Positions 9,485 through 19,814 of a DNA stretch of 64,000 bases are shown here, one piece after another. The DNA is from an uncultured Phycisphaerales bacterium. GTDB lineage: Bacteria; Planctomycetota; Phycisphaerae; Sedimentisphaerales; Anaerobacaceae. The position numbers and the translations under genes are program-made. Location: NCBI GenBank assembly GCA_963718665.1, contig OY970359.1, positions 1,024,001-1,088,000 on the forward strand, read 5' to 3'. Numbering within the stretch: position 1 is the stretch's first letter; each line of letters begins with the position of its first letter. Under the pieces are notes generated by a model that saw only the letters and a list, made by a program, of their open reading frames with translations, was not told the origin of the DNA and did no database searches.

Positions 9485-12343
9485 TTACTCGATTTTCAAA
9501 GGCGCCGTCAAGATTATATGGGATCCTTTGCCTCTTTTTGATTCAATTTCGAGCTTGCCTCCTATGTGCCTGAGTCGTTCACGAACACTGAAGAGCCCGA
9601 GGCCCTTTGGTTTTTCCGACAGCACTGATGCGTCAAAACCTTTGCCGTCATCCTCAACTGTTACCTGTATATCGTTATTGTTCCTGGTAATAGCGACCCT
9701 GACCAGTTTTGCTTTTGCGTGCTTTGCTATATTTATAAGCATTTCGCGAATTGACCGGTACAGAAGTATTTTTACGGGGGTGGTTAACGGTTTGGGTTCT
9801 TCGCTGTTGCGGAATGAGTATTCCAGCTTGTGCTCTTCGCAAAACCGTTCAAGCAACTCTTCTATCGCGATTTCAAATCCGAGGGTGTAAAGCGTCGGCG
9901 GACTAAGGTCAAAGGTCAGTGTTCTTGTCTGTTTGACCGCCTCGCTGATGTTCTCGCTGATATTTTTCAGGGATTCGGCAACTTGTGGCGGGGCAGATTT
10001 TTGCAGGATTCCCAGCTCTCTTTTTGAGAAGGCGAGTATAGGACCAAGCGAATCGTGCAGGGCCGTGGCGATTTCGTGGCGTTCGCGTTCTTCGGTGAGG
10101 AGAAGTTCGGCGGTAAGAAGCCGGAGCTGTTTCTGGTCGGCGATAACCCTTTCCTGAGCGAGTTTTCGTTCGGTGATATCGCGGAAAACGATTTGCGCAG
10201 CCGGCCTGTTTTCATAGGCAAGCGGCGTGGCGGCAACTTCAACATCTATAGTGGTTCTGTCAACACGCAAAAATATATTTTCCCTGAGGGGCAGGGCCTT
10301 TTGCTTTCTGCGGAGAAACTCCAACTGCCTGTGCGTGCGTTTCCTGTAGTCAGGGTGAACAAAATCAAGAATCGACTTTCCGACAAGCTCCGCGGATTTT
10401 TTTGCGCCGAGCAGTTTGGCCGCGGCGGTGTTTATAAACACTATTTTGTCGTCCCTTTCGACGCCGATGCCTTCGGGAGAAAGCTCTACAAGCTGACGAT
10501 AACGCTCCTCGCTTTGTCGCAATTCCACTTCCACGTCAAACCTGTGGACGGCCTCTCCGATAAGCATCGCCATATTTTCTATAAATTCTACGGTTTGGGC
10601 TGGCGTTTTGTTTTCCTGCTTGTCAGCAAGATGAATCGCCCCGAGCACTTTGTCCCTGTAACGTATGGGAACAACGGCAAGAGAGGCAAAGCCGTAATGC
10701 ATACAATGACCGCGATATCGTGCCTTGTTCTTTTCGGGCAGCGAGTTAAAAAACTCAAGCGTATTATCGCAGCGGAAGGAACCTTTCGATGTCATTACCA
10801 GTGCATCCTGGGGTTCGGATTTCTGCGTAATGACTCGCATACAGGCGCAGGTATCGGTTTTCAAAGAGAGGATGCTTTCTATCGCCAGAAAATCCTTAGT
10901 AAAGCCAATCTGAGATTCGTATGGTATAAGCCCATCGGAATTAGTCAGTCGGATACCTACGCATTGACAACCGCTCCAGTCGCGGACAGCCCTGACAACC
11001 GAATCAAGATATTCCTTTCTTACAGATTTTTGCGCGAACAGTTCGAGCAGGACGTTTGTAATCCGCGAGAGTTTTTCTATTCTGTTGTGCTCGGTAACGT
11101 CACGGGCGACAGCAAAGACACCCTGTACCTGCCCTGCTTCATTTTTATAAAGCGTGGCGTTGTAGAGGACGTCTGTCGTATGGCCCGATATATGCCGGAT
11201 AGTGAGCGGATAATCCTTAACCATACCTTCCGCAAGCGCCTTTTTGTAACTGTCCTTTGCTTTTTGGGGTTCCGTAAAGTAATCCGAGAAATCGCTGCCT
11301 ACAAGATTCTGCTTCTGGACGCCTGTCACCAGCTCGGTTGCCCTGTTGATATCGGTAATTTTTCCTTCCGGGCTGATTGTAACAAAGGGGTCAAGAGCTG
11401 CTTCGAGAAGACCGCGTGCATACAGCGACGCGGAACGGAACGCCTCTTCCGCACGGACCCGCTGCATTATCTGTTTTTGCAGCTCCAGCACCAGTTCGCC
11501 AAGCTCGGCGGTTCGCTCTTTGACCCGCGTATCAAGCTCATCGTGCGCCTTACGGAGCGCCTCCTCGGCCCGTGCGCGGTCCGTGATGTCGCGGATGTTA
11601 CACTGGATTACTTTCGTGTGCTCTACCGTGTACACGTTACTAACGAATTCCACCGCTATACGGCGTCCGTCTTTTGTTTCGAGCGGCAGATTTTCGTAGC
11701 GTACGTATCCCCTGGTTTGCAATTTCAGAAACGCTTCTTTTGATTCTACAATGTCTTTGAAAAGACCAATCTCCCAGAGCTTCTTATCTAAAAACTCCTC
11801 GCGAGAATAGCCCAATATATCTTCTACGAATGGATTAACGTCAACTATCTGCCCGGAGTCCGCATCAAGGATTAGTATCCCATCACGGGCCGCCTCAAAA
11901 AGCCGGCGATAACGGAGTTCGGAAACCAGCATCGCATCCTCGGCGTTTTTTCGCTCGATGGAATAACGAATGACACGGGTTATGGTTCGTCCGTCGGTCT
12001 GGCCTTTTATGAGGTAATCCTGAACGCCTGTTCGCACGGCTTCGACGCCCGTATTCTCGTCATCGACCCCGGTAAGCACCACAATCGGCAAATCAGGAGA
12101 GATGCTCCTGACCTCTCGAACGGTATTAAGGCCCGAGCTGTCGGGCAAGGTCAAATCCAGCAGCATCGCATCGGGATGATTGTTTTTAAGGTGTTCTTTG
12201 GCCTCGTTCAGCGATTGAACCACACTGATGGAAATATCTGTGGTGCCGCTTGACAAAATGTTTTCCTGCAGCAGCACAGCATCTGAAGCGCTGTCTTCGA
12301 CAAGCACTATCTGCAAGGGTTTTATCGATTTTGTATTTTTCAT
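9485..12343 (-). CDS. Hybrid sensor kinase REC-PAS-PAS-GAF-PAS-HisKA_3-HATPase
   Basis: N-terminal REC, three PAS domains, GAF, ERERHEIATALHD H-box, EMLINIAKHA, DDGKGF, GLGL. Confidence 0.92.
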   Translation of the reverse strand: MKNTKSIKPLQIVLVEDSASDAVLLQENILSSGTTDISISVVQSLNEAKEHLKNNHPDAMLLDLTLPDSSGLNTVREVRSISPDLPIVVLTGVDDENTGVEAVRTGVQDYLIKGQTDGRTITRVIRYSIERKNAEDAMLVSELRYRRLFEAARDGILILDADSGQIVDVNPFVEDILGYSREEFLDKKLWEIGLFKDIVESKEAFLKLQTRGYVRYENLPLETKDGRRIAVEFVSNVYTVEHTKVIQCNIRDITDRARAEEALRKAHDELDTRVKERTAELGELVLELQKQIMQRVRAEEAFRSASLYARGLLEAALDPFVTISPEGKITDINRATELVTGVQKQNLVGSDFSDYFTEPQKAKDSYKKALAEGMVKDYPLTIRHISGHTTDVLYNATLYKNEAGQVQGVFAVARDVTEHNRIEKLSRITNVLLELFAQKSVRKEYLDSVVRAVRDWSGCQCVGIRLTNSDGLIPYESQIGFTKDFLAIESILSLKTDTCACMRVITQKSEPQDALVMTSKGSFRCDNTLEFFNSLPEKNKARYRGHCMHYGFASLAVVPIRYRDKVLGAIHLADKQENKTPAQTVEFIENMAMLIGEAVHRFDVEVELRQSEERYRQLVELSPEGIGVERDDKIVFINTAAAKLLGAKKSAELVGKSILDFVHPDYRKRTHRQLEFLRRKQKALPLRENIFLRVDRTTIDVEVAATPLAYENRPAAQIVFRDITERKLAQERVIADQKQLRLLTAELLLTEERERHEIATALHDSLGPILAFSKRELGILQKSAPPQVAESLKNISENISEAVKQTRTLTFDLSPPTLYTLGFEIAIEELLERFCEEHKLEYSFRNSEEPKPLTTPVKILLYRSIREMLINIAKHAKAKLVRVAITRNNNDIQVTVEDDGKGFDASVLSEKPKGLGLFSVRERLRHIGGKLEIESKRGKGSHIILTAPLKIE

Positions 12344-12347
12344 ATTC

Positions 12348-12794
12348 TCAGGTCTTTGGCGGCAGCGTAACGACCGTCAGCCAGAATTTTTCAATTGTTT
12401 TTACCACGTCGATGAAATGCTCAAAATCAACAGGTTTTGTGATGTAACAATTCGCGTTAAACTCATAGGATTGCAGCACGTCCTTGTCGGCGTGAGATGT
12501 GGTCAACACAATCACCGGGATGGTCTTGAGAGAAGGGTCGTTTTTCATTTCCCTCAGGACATCTCGACCATCCTTGCGGGGCAAATTCAGGTCTAACATT
12601 ATAAGGTCAGGCCTCGTGGCTTTGGCGTATTTACCCTGCCGTCTTAAAAAGTTTATTGCTTCGACGCCGTCTTCGACGTGGTTGAGATTATTGGCTATTT
12701 TGCCTGCCTCAAGCGCTTCCATGGTCAGTTTTGCGTCGCTGGGACTATCCTCAACGAGCAATATTTCGATTGGTTTTGCATCAGACAGATTCAT
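12348..12794 (-). CDS. Single-domain response regulator (Rcp1-like)
   Basis: [42 protein letters not shown]. Confidence 0.92.
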   Translation of the reverse strand: MNLSDAKPIEILLVEDSPSDAKLTMEALEAGKIANNLNHVEDGVEAINFLRRQGKYAKATRPDLIMLDLNLPRKDGRDVLREMKNDPSLKTIPVIVLTTSHADKDVLQSYEFNANCYITKPVDFEHFIDVVKTIEKFWLTVVTLPPKT

Positions 12795-13104
12795 CCAGTT
12801 AGACCTCCTTTTATTCTGTTTCTAATGTATCTTTTTCCCATGCCTGTCTTTAAATATCTTTCTCTACGGAAAGAATCGTCTCGATTAAGGCATGCTTCAC
12901 AATACACCAATTTAACGGGTCCCCTGTTTCGCGTACAAAACACTTCTCCTTTTCTATGCTGTTCCAATCTTTCCCTTAAATCACTTGTGGCACCTGTATA
13001 AAATGTTCCAGTTTTTTCACATATAAGGACGTATGTATAAAACCACTGAGTCCCGTTAGAAATCGAAGATTTTCCAACATGAGGAGGTCTAACTGGATTC
13101 ATCC
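12788..13104 (-). mobile_element. Putative minimal GIY-YIG insertion cassette with 17-bp TIRs and 9-bp direct repeat
   Basis: ATCCAGTTAGACCTCCT (12793-12809) is the exact reverse complement of 13082-13098; GATTCATCC is directly repeated at 12788-12796 and 13096-13104. Confidence 0.7.
12791..13102 (-). CDS. GIY-YIG nuclease family protein
   Basis: [34 protein letters not shown]: conserved Y, Y, G, R, H, E. Confidence 0.9.
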   Translation of the reverse strand: MNPVRPPHVGKSSISNGTQWFYTYVLICEKTGTFYTGATSDLRERLEQHRKGEVFCTRNRGPVKLVYCEACLNRDDSFRRERYLKTGMGKRYIRNRIKGGLTG

Positions 13105-13178
13105 TGTTATATCTCCTTTATCTGTTTTTAATTTGTAAAAGCCCGGCCATGAGTAATTATACTTCATTTTTAGGCGAT

Positions 13179-15602
13179 TCAAGCCCCTTCTATATCAGGA
13201 ACAGTAAAATAAAACGTGGAACCACGTCCTGGCGCGGATTCTACCCAAATTCTTCCCCCGTGTCGTTCGACAATTTTCTTGCAGATTGACAACCCGATAC
13301 CGGTTCCGGCGTAAGTTTTACGGGTATGCAGCCGCTGGAAAATCATAAATATACGCTCAGCGTATTGCGGCTCAATACCAATACCGTTATCACGAACGGC
13401 AAACCGCCAGCAGGCATCCTGACGGATGGCGCTGACGTGAATTTGCGGGGTCTGGTCGCCGCGGAATTTTATGGCGTTGCCGATGAGGTTCTGGAACAAT
13501 CGTGTAAGCTGTAGGTCGTCGAAATAAACGGTCGGCAAATCATCAGCGGTAATTTTTGCGCCCGATTCCTGTATTCCCGCCTGAAGACGCGCTAATGCCT
13601 CGTCGAAGACCTCCTTGGAATTGACCTTCTGAGGTTTTTTACCTTGTGTGCCGACGCGTGAATATTCGAGCAGGCCGTTGATAAGCGACTGCATTCGTTT
13701 GGCACCGTCTATGGTGAAATTCATATATTCGTTTGTTTTTTCGTCGAGGGATTTTTCAAGGTTTCGCCTGAGCAATTCGACAAAGCCGGAGATCGCCCTG
13801 AGCGGCTCCTGTAAATCGTGGCTGGCCACGTATGCGAACTGTTCGAGGTCCTTGTTCGACCGGGACAACTCTTCCGTTCGATGTTTAACGAGGTCTTCCA
13901 GGTGCAGCCGATATTGTTCCAGTTCTGCTTCGGTTGCCTTTTTCTCGGTTATATCACGTGCGGCGACAAAAACGCCCTGGACCTGGCCTGCCTCGTTTTT
14001 ATAGACAGCGGAGTTACAAATCACGTCTGTCAGCCGGCCGTCATGACGCCGAATCGTCAGCGGATAATCAGTGACAAATCCCTCGGCAAAAACCTGCTGG
14101 TAACCTTCTCTTGCCTTTTGGGGTTCGGTGAAATAGTCGGAAAAGCCCGTTCCAATAAGCTTCTCACGCGCCACGCCCGTTACAAGTTCCGTCGCTTTGT
14201 TGACATCGGTAATTTTCCCTTCGGGGCTGATTGTTACCAGCGGGTCGAGAGATGCTTCAAGCAGGCCGCGTGCATACAGCGATGCGGAACGGGATGCTTC
14301 TTCCGCACGAATTCGCTGCTGGACCTGCTTTTGCAGTTCCGTCACAGTTTTATCCAAGTCGGCGGTTCGCTCTTTGACTCTAATCTCCAGCTCATCACGC
14401 GACTTTCGCAGCGCCTCTTCTGCCTTTTTGCGCTCGATGATTTCTCTGTTCAATTCGTCACGGGAAGCGGTGGTCTGCTTTAAATCGAGTGTCATTTTGT
14501 CAAACGACCTCGAAAGCTGACCTATCTCATCCTTAAGGTTGTTACCGAGTTTATAATCCAGATTACCGCTTCCGATAATCGCGGCGCCTTCGGAAAGTCG
14601 TTTTATTGGCTCAGAAATGGAATGGGCGATGGAAAATGCTGTTATGCCGCTTAGAACAATAACAATAACCAAGATTATAGCTGCCAGATTTCTTAAATTT
14701 GTTACATCGACAAATGCTTCTTTGGTATCAATCTTAGCGACCAATCCCCAATCGAGGGAGGGAATATATCGCCAGGCAGCGATAACTTTCTTTCCCCTGT
14801 AGTCAATTGCCTGGCCGGAGCTGGTTCTGCCCTGAATAGCTTCTTGAATAGGGCGGCCGCTCTCTTCTCCTAAAGATACTCTTCTTTTAAGGGCCGCCTG
14901 TGGGTCATGCCTGAGAGGGTTTAAGAATTCCGCCTGATTGCCGATTCTCCTGGCCACCAGGACCTCGCCCGTATTACCCAGTCCGGTTGTATCCTGTATA
15001 AGGTTATAAATGGGGGTCATATCTATTTCAAAAGCAATGACCCCGATAAAAACACCGTTAAAATCAGAGGCCGGAGCGGCAAGCAGCGTTTCGAATCTTT
15101 TGTCTTCGGCTGTGTCGAAATATACATCCGAAAAGTAAATTCTGCTTTTCCCCTCAGCGAAGGCCTTCTGTTCAGCGTCAAGGCCATTAGGCATATCTTT
15201 TAAGTAATGCCCCGGTCTAAGTGAGTAAACGACCTTGCCTTGCAGATTAACCAGCATAATATCAGCCAGGTCTGAAACCGACTGCATCTGTTGTAATTGC
15301 GCATCGAGCATTTTCCTGGCAGCGAGGAACTCCGGATTATTCGGGTCGTCGGCAAGCCGGATTAGTACAGGAAGATTTTTCTTAATGTCGTAAAAACCCT
15401 GGGCTATCTCCATGCGTGCCTTTAATCCGGCAAAATATGCTTCTATTCTATCCGCTCTAAAAACAGCAAGGTCCCGCAACTGTGAAAAGCGATTGGTCTC
15501 GAGGGAATTTTTATAATTAGTGAAGGTCAAGGCACTTACAAAGATTAAAGGAATCGAGGCAATCGCCAGAAACATGATGGCAAGTTTCAATCTTATAGAC
15601 AT
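13179..15602 (-). CDS. Membrane sensor histidine kinase (Cache-like, HAMP, PAS, HisKA, HATPase)
   Basis: Two TM helices, DEIGQLSRSF HAMP, PAS, FAYVASHDLQEPLR, NLIGNAIKF, GTGIGLSIC. Confidence 0.93.
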   Translation of the reverse strand: MSIRLKLAIMFLAIASIPLIFVSALTFTNYKNSLETNRFSQLRDLAVFRADRIEAYFAGLKARMEIAQGFYDIKKNLPVLIRLADDPNNPEFLAARKMLDAQLQQMQSVSDLADIMLVNLQGKVVYSLRPGHYLKDMPNGLDAEQKAFAEGKSRIYFSDVYFDTAEDKRFETLLAAPASDFNGVFIGVIAFEIDMTPIYNLIQDTTGLGNTGEVLVARRIGNQAEFLNPLRHDPQAALKRRVSLGEESGRPIQEAIQGRTSSGQAIDYRGKKVIAAWRYIPSLDWGLVAKIDTKEAFVDVTNLRNLAAIILVIVIVLSGITAFSIAHSISEPIKRLSEGAAIIGSGNLDYKLGNNLKDEIGQLSRSFDKMTLDLKQTTASRDELNREIIERKKAEEALRKSRDELEIRVKERTADLDKTVTELQKQVQQRIRAEEASRSASLYARGLLEASLDPLVTISPEGKITDVNKATELVTGVAREKLIGTGFSDYFTEPQKAREGYQQVFAEGFVTDYPLTIRRHDGRLTDVICNSAVYKNEAGQVQGVFVAARDITEKKATEAELEQYRLHLEDLVKHRTEELSRSNKDLEQFAYVASHDLQEPLRAISGFVELLRRNLEKSLDEKTNEYMNFTIDGAKRMQSLINGLLEYSRVGTQGKKPQKVNSKEVFDEALARLQAGIQESGAKITADDLPTVYFDDLQLTRLFQNLIGNAIKFRGDQTPQIHVSAIRQDACWRFAVRDNGIGIEPQYAERIFMIFQRLHTRKTYAGTGIGLSICKKIVERHGGRIWVESAPGRGSTFYFTVPDIEGA

Positions 15603-16216
15603 ATAAATCCAATCCCCAAAACAATAAACAAAACGGCCGAGTGCAAGGCGACAGCGGAATTTACTCCTTCAATGAAATAATAAAGAAACGGGGCGTTAAT
15701 GATATAGCCGACCACCGCCATCGCTCCGATTAAGCCAACTATTACGCCAATAATCTTCAGCTTTGACTGTAATTTATCGGGATTCAACGTGGCTAAAATG
15801 CCAGCCGAGGCAATCAATATAAAATTGAATATCGTGGGCAATGACGGCCGGCCGGGGGTCACGGTCTTTACAGTGCCTGATGCCTCTTTAATAAATAAAT
15901 CCTCCGCACCTGTTCGAATCTTGAAAACCGCGGAGAAAAATAACGTTCCCATAAGAAGAATGATTATTAGAGACGTTACGGAAAGTGCCACCTGGGCCTT
16001 GTCGAATTCGCCTTCCGCGACCCTGACAATAAAATAGAGAGTGATGCCGCTCAAAACAAAAGCGATGGCGGTGTCAAATTTCATTGATACCCACGCAGGA
16101 GAAATGCTTTTCAGGAGGCCGACATTAAATATCCAGCCGATCATTACCAAAATCCCGGCAATAGTTACAACCAGTGACAACGCCTTGGCTGTCTTTCTTT
16201 TCTTTTCCGGGGTCAT
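15593..16216 (-). CDS. Polytopic membrane protein resembling a kinase N-terminal membrane sensor module
   Basis: About six TM helices, GW..LKSISPAWVSMKFDTA..F, ALHSAVLF; overlaps the kinase start. Confidence 0.7.
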   Translation of the reverse strand: MTPEKKRKTAKALSLVVTIAGILVMIGWIFNVGLLKSISPAWVSMKFDTAIAFVLSGITLYFIVRVAEGEFDKAQVALSVTSLIIILLMGTLFFSAVFKIRTGAEDLFIKEASGTVKTVTPGRPSLPTIFNFILIASAGILATLNPDKLQSKLKIIGVIVGLIGAMAVVGYIINAPFLYYFIEGVNSAVALHSAVLFIVLGIGFICL

Positions 16217-16638
16217 ATCGTGACCAATATCGCGTAAATAATATAACGTGAGAAGTTTTTCATAAATCCAAATCACCCTGTCTCGGGAAGTCCGGCGGCC
16301 CGTATAAGCTCATAATTGACCCTGGGTGGGGCTTCTTTGCGAAGTGTCTCAACCGCCTCGTTTTCCCGTTTTGTGGCCATAAAGGCAACCTAAATCGTTT
16401 GGCCTGGCGCAGTAAGGCAAAGGATTACTATATTATGCCGAAATACCGCAAATAATCAATAATTTAGCTACAACCCTGCCCCCTAAATACGGGGGGATTC
16501 AGGTGTTAGGGCGTTATCAAACAGCTAACCCTGTTATTGCTATGGCCGGGTGTTTCCAGGCAATTCTGCCGGCAGGATTTATGAAAGCGTTTTCAACTTT
16601 TACCGGAAGCTGTGAACCAGTCATTTCATCAACAATTT

Positions 16639-18177
16639 CTACCCATGGTCAACGGTGCCGTATTCATTCGTTGAATTGGCGGCAATTTCTTTCATTTGAG
16701 GGTAAATATTTTTTAACATCTTACGGAAGTGAACCCCATATATCGAAAGGCGAACAGCCAGAGGCAACCGACGGGGATTTTTGAGCGACCAGAGCATAAG
16801 CATCCAATAGTGCATCTTGCCCTTCTCTATTATGCCAATTCGCCACATTGACCTGAGAAACGCCTTGATGTCGCAATATCTAAATTTAAGTTTTGCCTTG
16901 TCACTGAAATGGTAGTTTTTAAGAAATGTTTTGATGCGTTTGCAATAGTATTTCTGCGAGTAGATGGTGTTCAGCACTTTAATATACCCGCTCAGGAGTT
17001 CGTGAATATCCATCCTGGGAATAAAATTCATTGTGCAGTCCATATTGTCCCCGGTTGCGGGCGTTGTTAATCTGTTTTCGCTCATCAGCTTTTTATAGAG
17101 TTTCGTTCCGGGGGGGGCGTTGAGCAGCCCGACCATCGCCGTAACGACGCCGCTATCCTGAATTAAACTTATCAATTTGTCAAACACACCCGGTTTATCG
17201 TTATCGAAACCGAGAATAAAGCCAGCCTGGACCTGCATGCCAAATCGCTGTATCTTCTTAACCGCCGCCACAATGTCACGTCCGGTGTTTTGTATTTTGT
17301 TGCATTCGGCCAAACTCGACTCATTCGGAGATTCGATGCCGATAAATACACTGTTAAATCCGGCCCTGCCCATCAGGGTCATAAGCTCCTCGTCATCCAC
17401 CAGGTCGATAGAGGTCTGTGTATTGAAGGAGAACGGTTTTTTTCTTTTATCCATCCAGTTGATTATTGCCGGGAGCAATTCGTTTTTAAGCTGCTGGCGT
17501 TTTCCTATAAAGTTATCGTCAACAAAAAAAACGTCGCCTCGCCATTTATGAACATAAAGGTTTTCGAGTTCATCGATTATCTGGCTGGTTGTCTTTGTTC
17601 GCACCTTATGGCCCAGCAGGGCTGTAATATCGCAAAAATCACAATTAAACGGACATCCACGGGAGTATTGAATGCACATCACGGCGTATTTTTTCATATT
17701 AATTAAATCCCACTGCGGGATTGGCGTACTTTTAAGGTCGGGTCTTTCGTGAGCAGTATAAACTGATTTGGGACATCCCTTTTCAAGGTCGCTCAAAAAG
17801 GCAGGCAGCGTGATTTCCGCTTCCTGCAGTATGAGGTGGTCAATATTCGAATAGGACTCGGAAAAAGCAGAAAACAGCGGACCTCCGGCAACGATTTTAG
17901 TGCTCAGTTTTTTACAGCGCTCGATAATCTGGTCAACCGATTTTTTCTGAATCACCATCCCGGTTACGAAAACGTAGTCCGCCCAGGCAATATCCTGGTC
18001 GCGCAGAACGGTTACGTTCATATCAACCAGTTTTTTCTCGAAAGATTCCGGAAGCATAGCGGCAACCGTAAGCAGTCCGAGAGGCGGAAGAATCGCCTTT
18101 TTGGAAACAAACTTTAAGGCGCTTTTCAAACTCCAGAACGTGTTTGGAACTTCCGGATTGACAAGCAAAATTTTCAA
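16639..18177 (-). CDS. B12-binding radical SAM protein (DUF4070 / HpnP-like)
   Basis: PPLGLLTVAAMLP, SRGCPFNCDFCDI, FFVDDNFIG, GFILGFDND. Confidence 0.9.
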   Translation of the reverse strand: MKILLVNPEVPNTFWSLKSALKFVSKKAILPPLGLLTVAAMLPESFEKKLVDMNVTVLRDQDIAWADYVFVTGMVIQKKSVDQIIERCKKLSTKIVAGGPLFSAFSESYSNIDHLILQEAEITLPAFLSDLEKGCPKSVYTAHERPDLKSTPIPQWDLINMKKYAVMCIQYSRGCPFNCDFCDITALLGHKVRTKTTSQIIDELENLYVHKWRGDVFFVDDNFIGKRQQLKNELLPAIINWMDKRKKPFSFNTQTSIDLVDDEELMTLMGRAGFNSVFIGIESPNESSLAECNKIQNTGRDIVAAVKKIQRFGMQVQAGFILGFDNDKPGVFDKLISLIQDSGVVTAMVGLLNAPPGTKLYKKLMSENRLTTPATGDNMDCTMNFIPRMDIHELLSGYIKVLNTIYSQKYYCKRIKTFLKNYHFSDKAKLKFRYCDIKAFLRSMWRIGIIEKGKMHYWMLMLWSLKNPRRLPLAVRLSIYGVHFRKMLKNIYPQMKEIAANSTNEYGTVDHG

Positions 18178-18274
18178 TTTATTTTCCTAAGCCGGACACC
18201 GGCACACTGCCTGCGATTAGGTTTTGTACCGTGTCCGAATTATACGGACAGTTCGATGTTATATCCACTTTTTT

Positions 18275-18943
18275 CTAAGGGCGTTTTTTCGTCAATTCGT
18301 CGAGATACTTTGCCGCGGCATCTTTACCGCCTAATCCAAAGGCAAGCGCAAGGGCAAGGACGATACCGCCGAGGATGATATTGAAGGCAGTACCCACCAG
18401 AAGCGGTGCGATACCAAGCTCTTCCATCGCAATAGTCACCGCGAAGATTACAATCGCCCATCGACTTATGCCGGCAATTAGTTCGGGTTTGGGCAGTTTC
18501 GCATTGCCGCAGGCCGTGCGAACTATTTCCGATACAAAACTGGCCAGAAACATTGCGACCACCAGAACAAGCAGGGCCGCTATCACCTTGGGAACATAAG
18601 CGAATAAGCTCGTAAGAACATCCGATGCCTTTGGCAGCCCCAGTGCGTCAACGGTCATCACTAAAACCATAATGATAATAAGCCAATAAACCAGGCCGCT
18701 TACGACCTCACGGGCGTTAATCTTCAAATCGCCTTTTCTGAGGACTTCTGATATACCCGCTTTGTCCGCTATCGCATCGAAGCGTACTGCCTTAAGCAGC
18801 AAGTCAACTGCCCGCCTGATTAACTTGGCCACAATCCAGCCCACTATCAGGATTATCAACGCGCCAAGCAGGATTGGAAGATAGGCCAGTATCCTCGTCA
18901 GCATCTGGCGAATCGGGTCAGTTATAAGTTCGTTCCAGTTCAT
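18275..18943 (-). CDS. TM-helix repeat protein (CmpX / MscS-associated type)
   Basis: YLPILLGALIILIVGWIVA, AYVPKVIAA, ALAFGLGGKD. Confidence 0.8.
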   Translation of the reverse strand: MNWNELITDPIRQMLTRILAYLPILLGALIILIVGWIVAKLIRRAVDLLLKAVRFDAIADKAGISEVLRKGDLKINAREVVSGLVYWLIIIMVLVMTVDALGLPKASDVLTSLFAYVPKVIAALLVLVVAMFLASFVSEIVRTACGNAKLPKPELIAGISRWAIVIFAVTIAMEELGIAPLLVGTAFNIILGGIVLALALAFGLGGKDAAAKYLDELTKKRP

Positions 18944-19187
18944 TTTTTTGTCTCCTATTAAATTGTTAACGTTTAGTATTTTGACTCCTTTTTATGTTCT
19001 TATGCTTCCTTTACCGCATAATTATGTACTTACAAAGGTGATTACGCAATAAGAATAAAGCTTAATTGCTTAGTGTCGTCAGTGCCAATGCGCCTGCTTT
19101 TGTTCAACGCGATTGTGAATAGTGATTGACTTCCGGCAAAACCGCGTATGCTTATCCCGGACAAACGTATTGTATGATGACGGATAA

Positions 19188-19505
19188 TCACCTTTTACTA
19201 TTGCCCAGGTACTTGAGATAAATTTCTCTTGCCCAGTTTAATTGCGTGCCTGCGGCTTCAACAGCAGTGATAAGCAGCGCCTCGGTTATTTCTTCTTTTG
19301 TTACGCCCGCCTCAAGAGCCGCCTTTATATGTGATTCGGTGCAATGCGGGCAGCGAAACGCCGAAGCCAGGGACAGCATCAATAATTCGCGTGTCTTTGT
19401 GTCAAGGACGCCTCCTTTGGTACAGGCGTCGTAGAAATTCTGGAACGGCTGGCCTATTTCTGGGGAGTTTAGAACATACCATGGCGTTACTTTTTCAGAA
19501 ATCAT
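19188..19505 (-). CDS. Carboxymuconolactone decarboxylase / AhpD family protein
   Basis: LDTKTRELL..RCPHCTESH..AGVTKEEITE. Confidence 0.88.
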   Translation of the reverse strand: MISEKVTPWYVLNSPEIGQPFQNFYDACTKGGVLDTKTRELLMLSLASAFRCPHCTESHIKAALEAGVTKEEITEALLITAVEAAGTQLNWAREIYLKYLGNSKR

Positions 19506-19580
19506 CTTTATCTCCAAAGGTTCTTTGGCCTTTAAGATTTATATTTGGGCATCCGTGCCCGTTAATAAGCTATATCCCTG

Positions 19581-19814
19581 CTATGCTCTTATGGCCACCG
19601 CGCAGGCAGACCTGCGATACGGGGGCAGATACTGGCTGCCCCTGCCGTCTCTTTCTCGGCAAATGCGACCATACACTTCCTTACGGTAAACAGGTACGGA
19701 TTTAGGAGCGTTTATTCCCAGTTGAATCTCATTGCGCCCGATACCGACAATCATAATCTCAATGTCGTCGCCAACCATAATTGACTCATCCCTGTGTCTG
19801 CTCAAAACCAGCAT
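19581..19814 (-). CDS. csrA: Carbon storage regulator
   Basis: MLVLSR..ESIMVGDDIEI..LGINAPKSVPVYRKEVY; AAGGAG RBS. Confidence 0.9.
   Translation of the reverse strand: MLVLSRHRDESIMVGDDIEIMIVGIGRNEIQLGINAPKSVPVYRKEVYGRICRERDGRGSQYLPPYRRSACAVAIRA

Noticed and set aside
10055..11743. 562-aa plus-strand ORF and many similar overlapping ORFs
   Set aside because: Antisense shadows of well-supported genes, with no recognisable motifs.
11090..14430. Diversity-generating retroelement template/variable repeat pair
   Set aside because: Differences are not adenine-restricted, both copies are coding PAS modules, and no reverse transcriptase is present.
16273..16380. 35-aa minus-strand ORF (MATKRENEAV..) upstream of the sensor operon
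   Set aside because: Weak RBS and no recognisable motif; cannot be supported from sequence alone.
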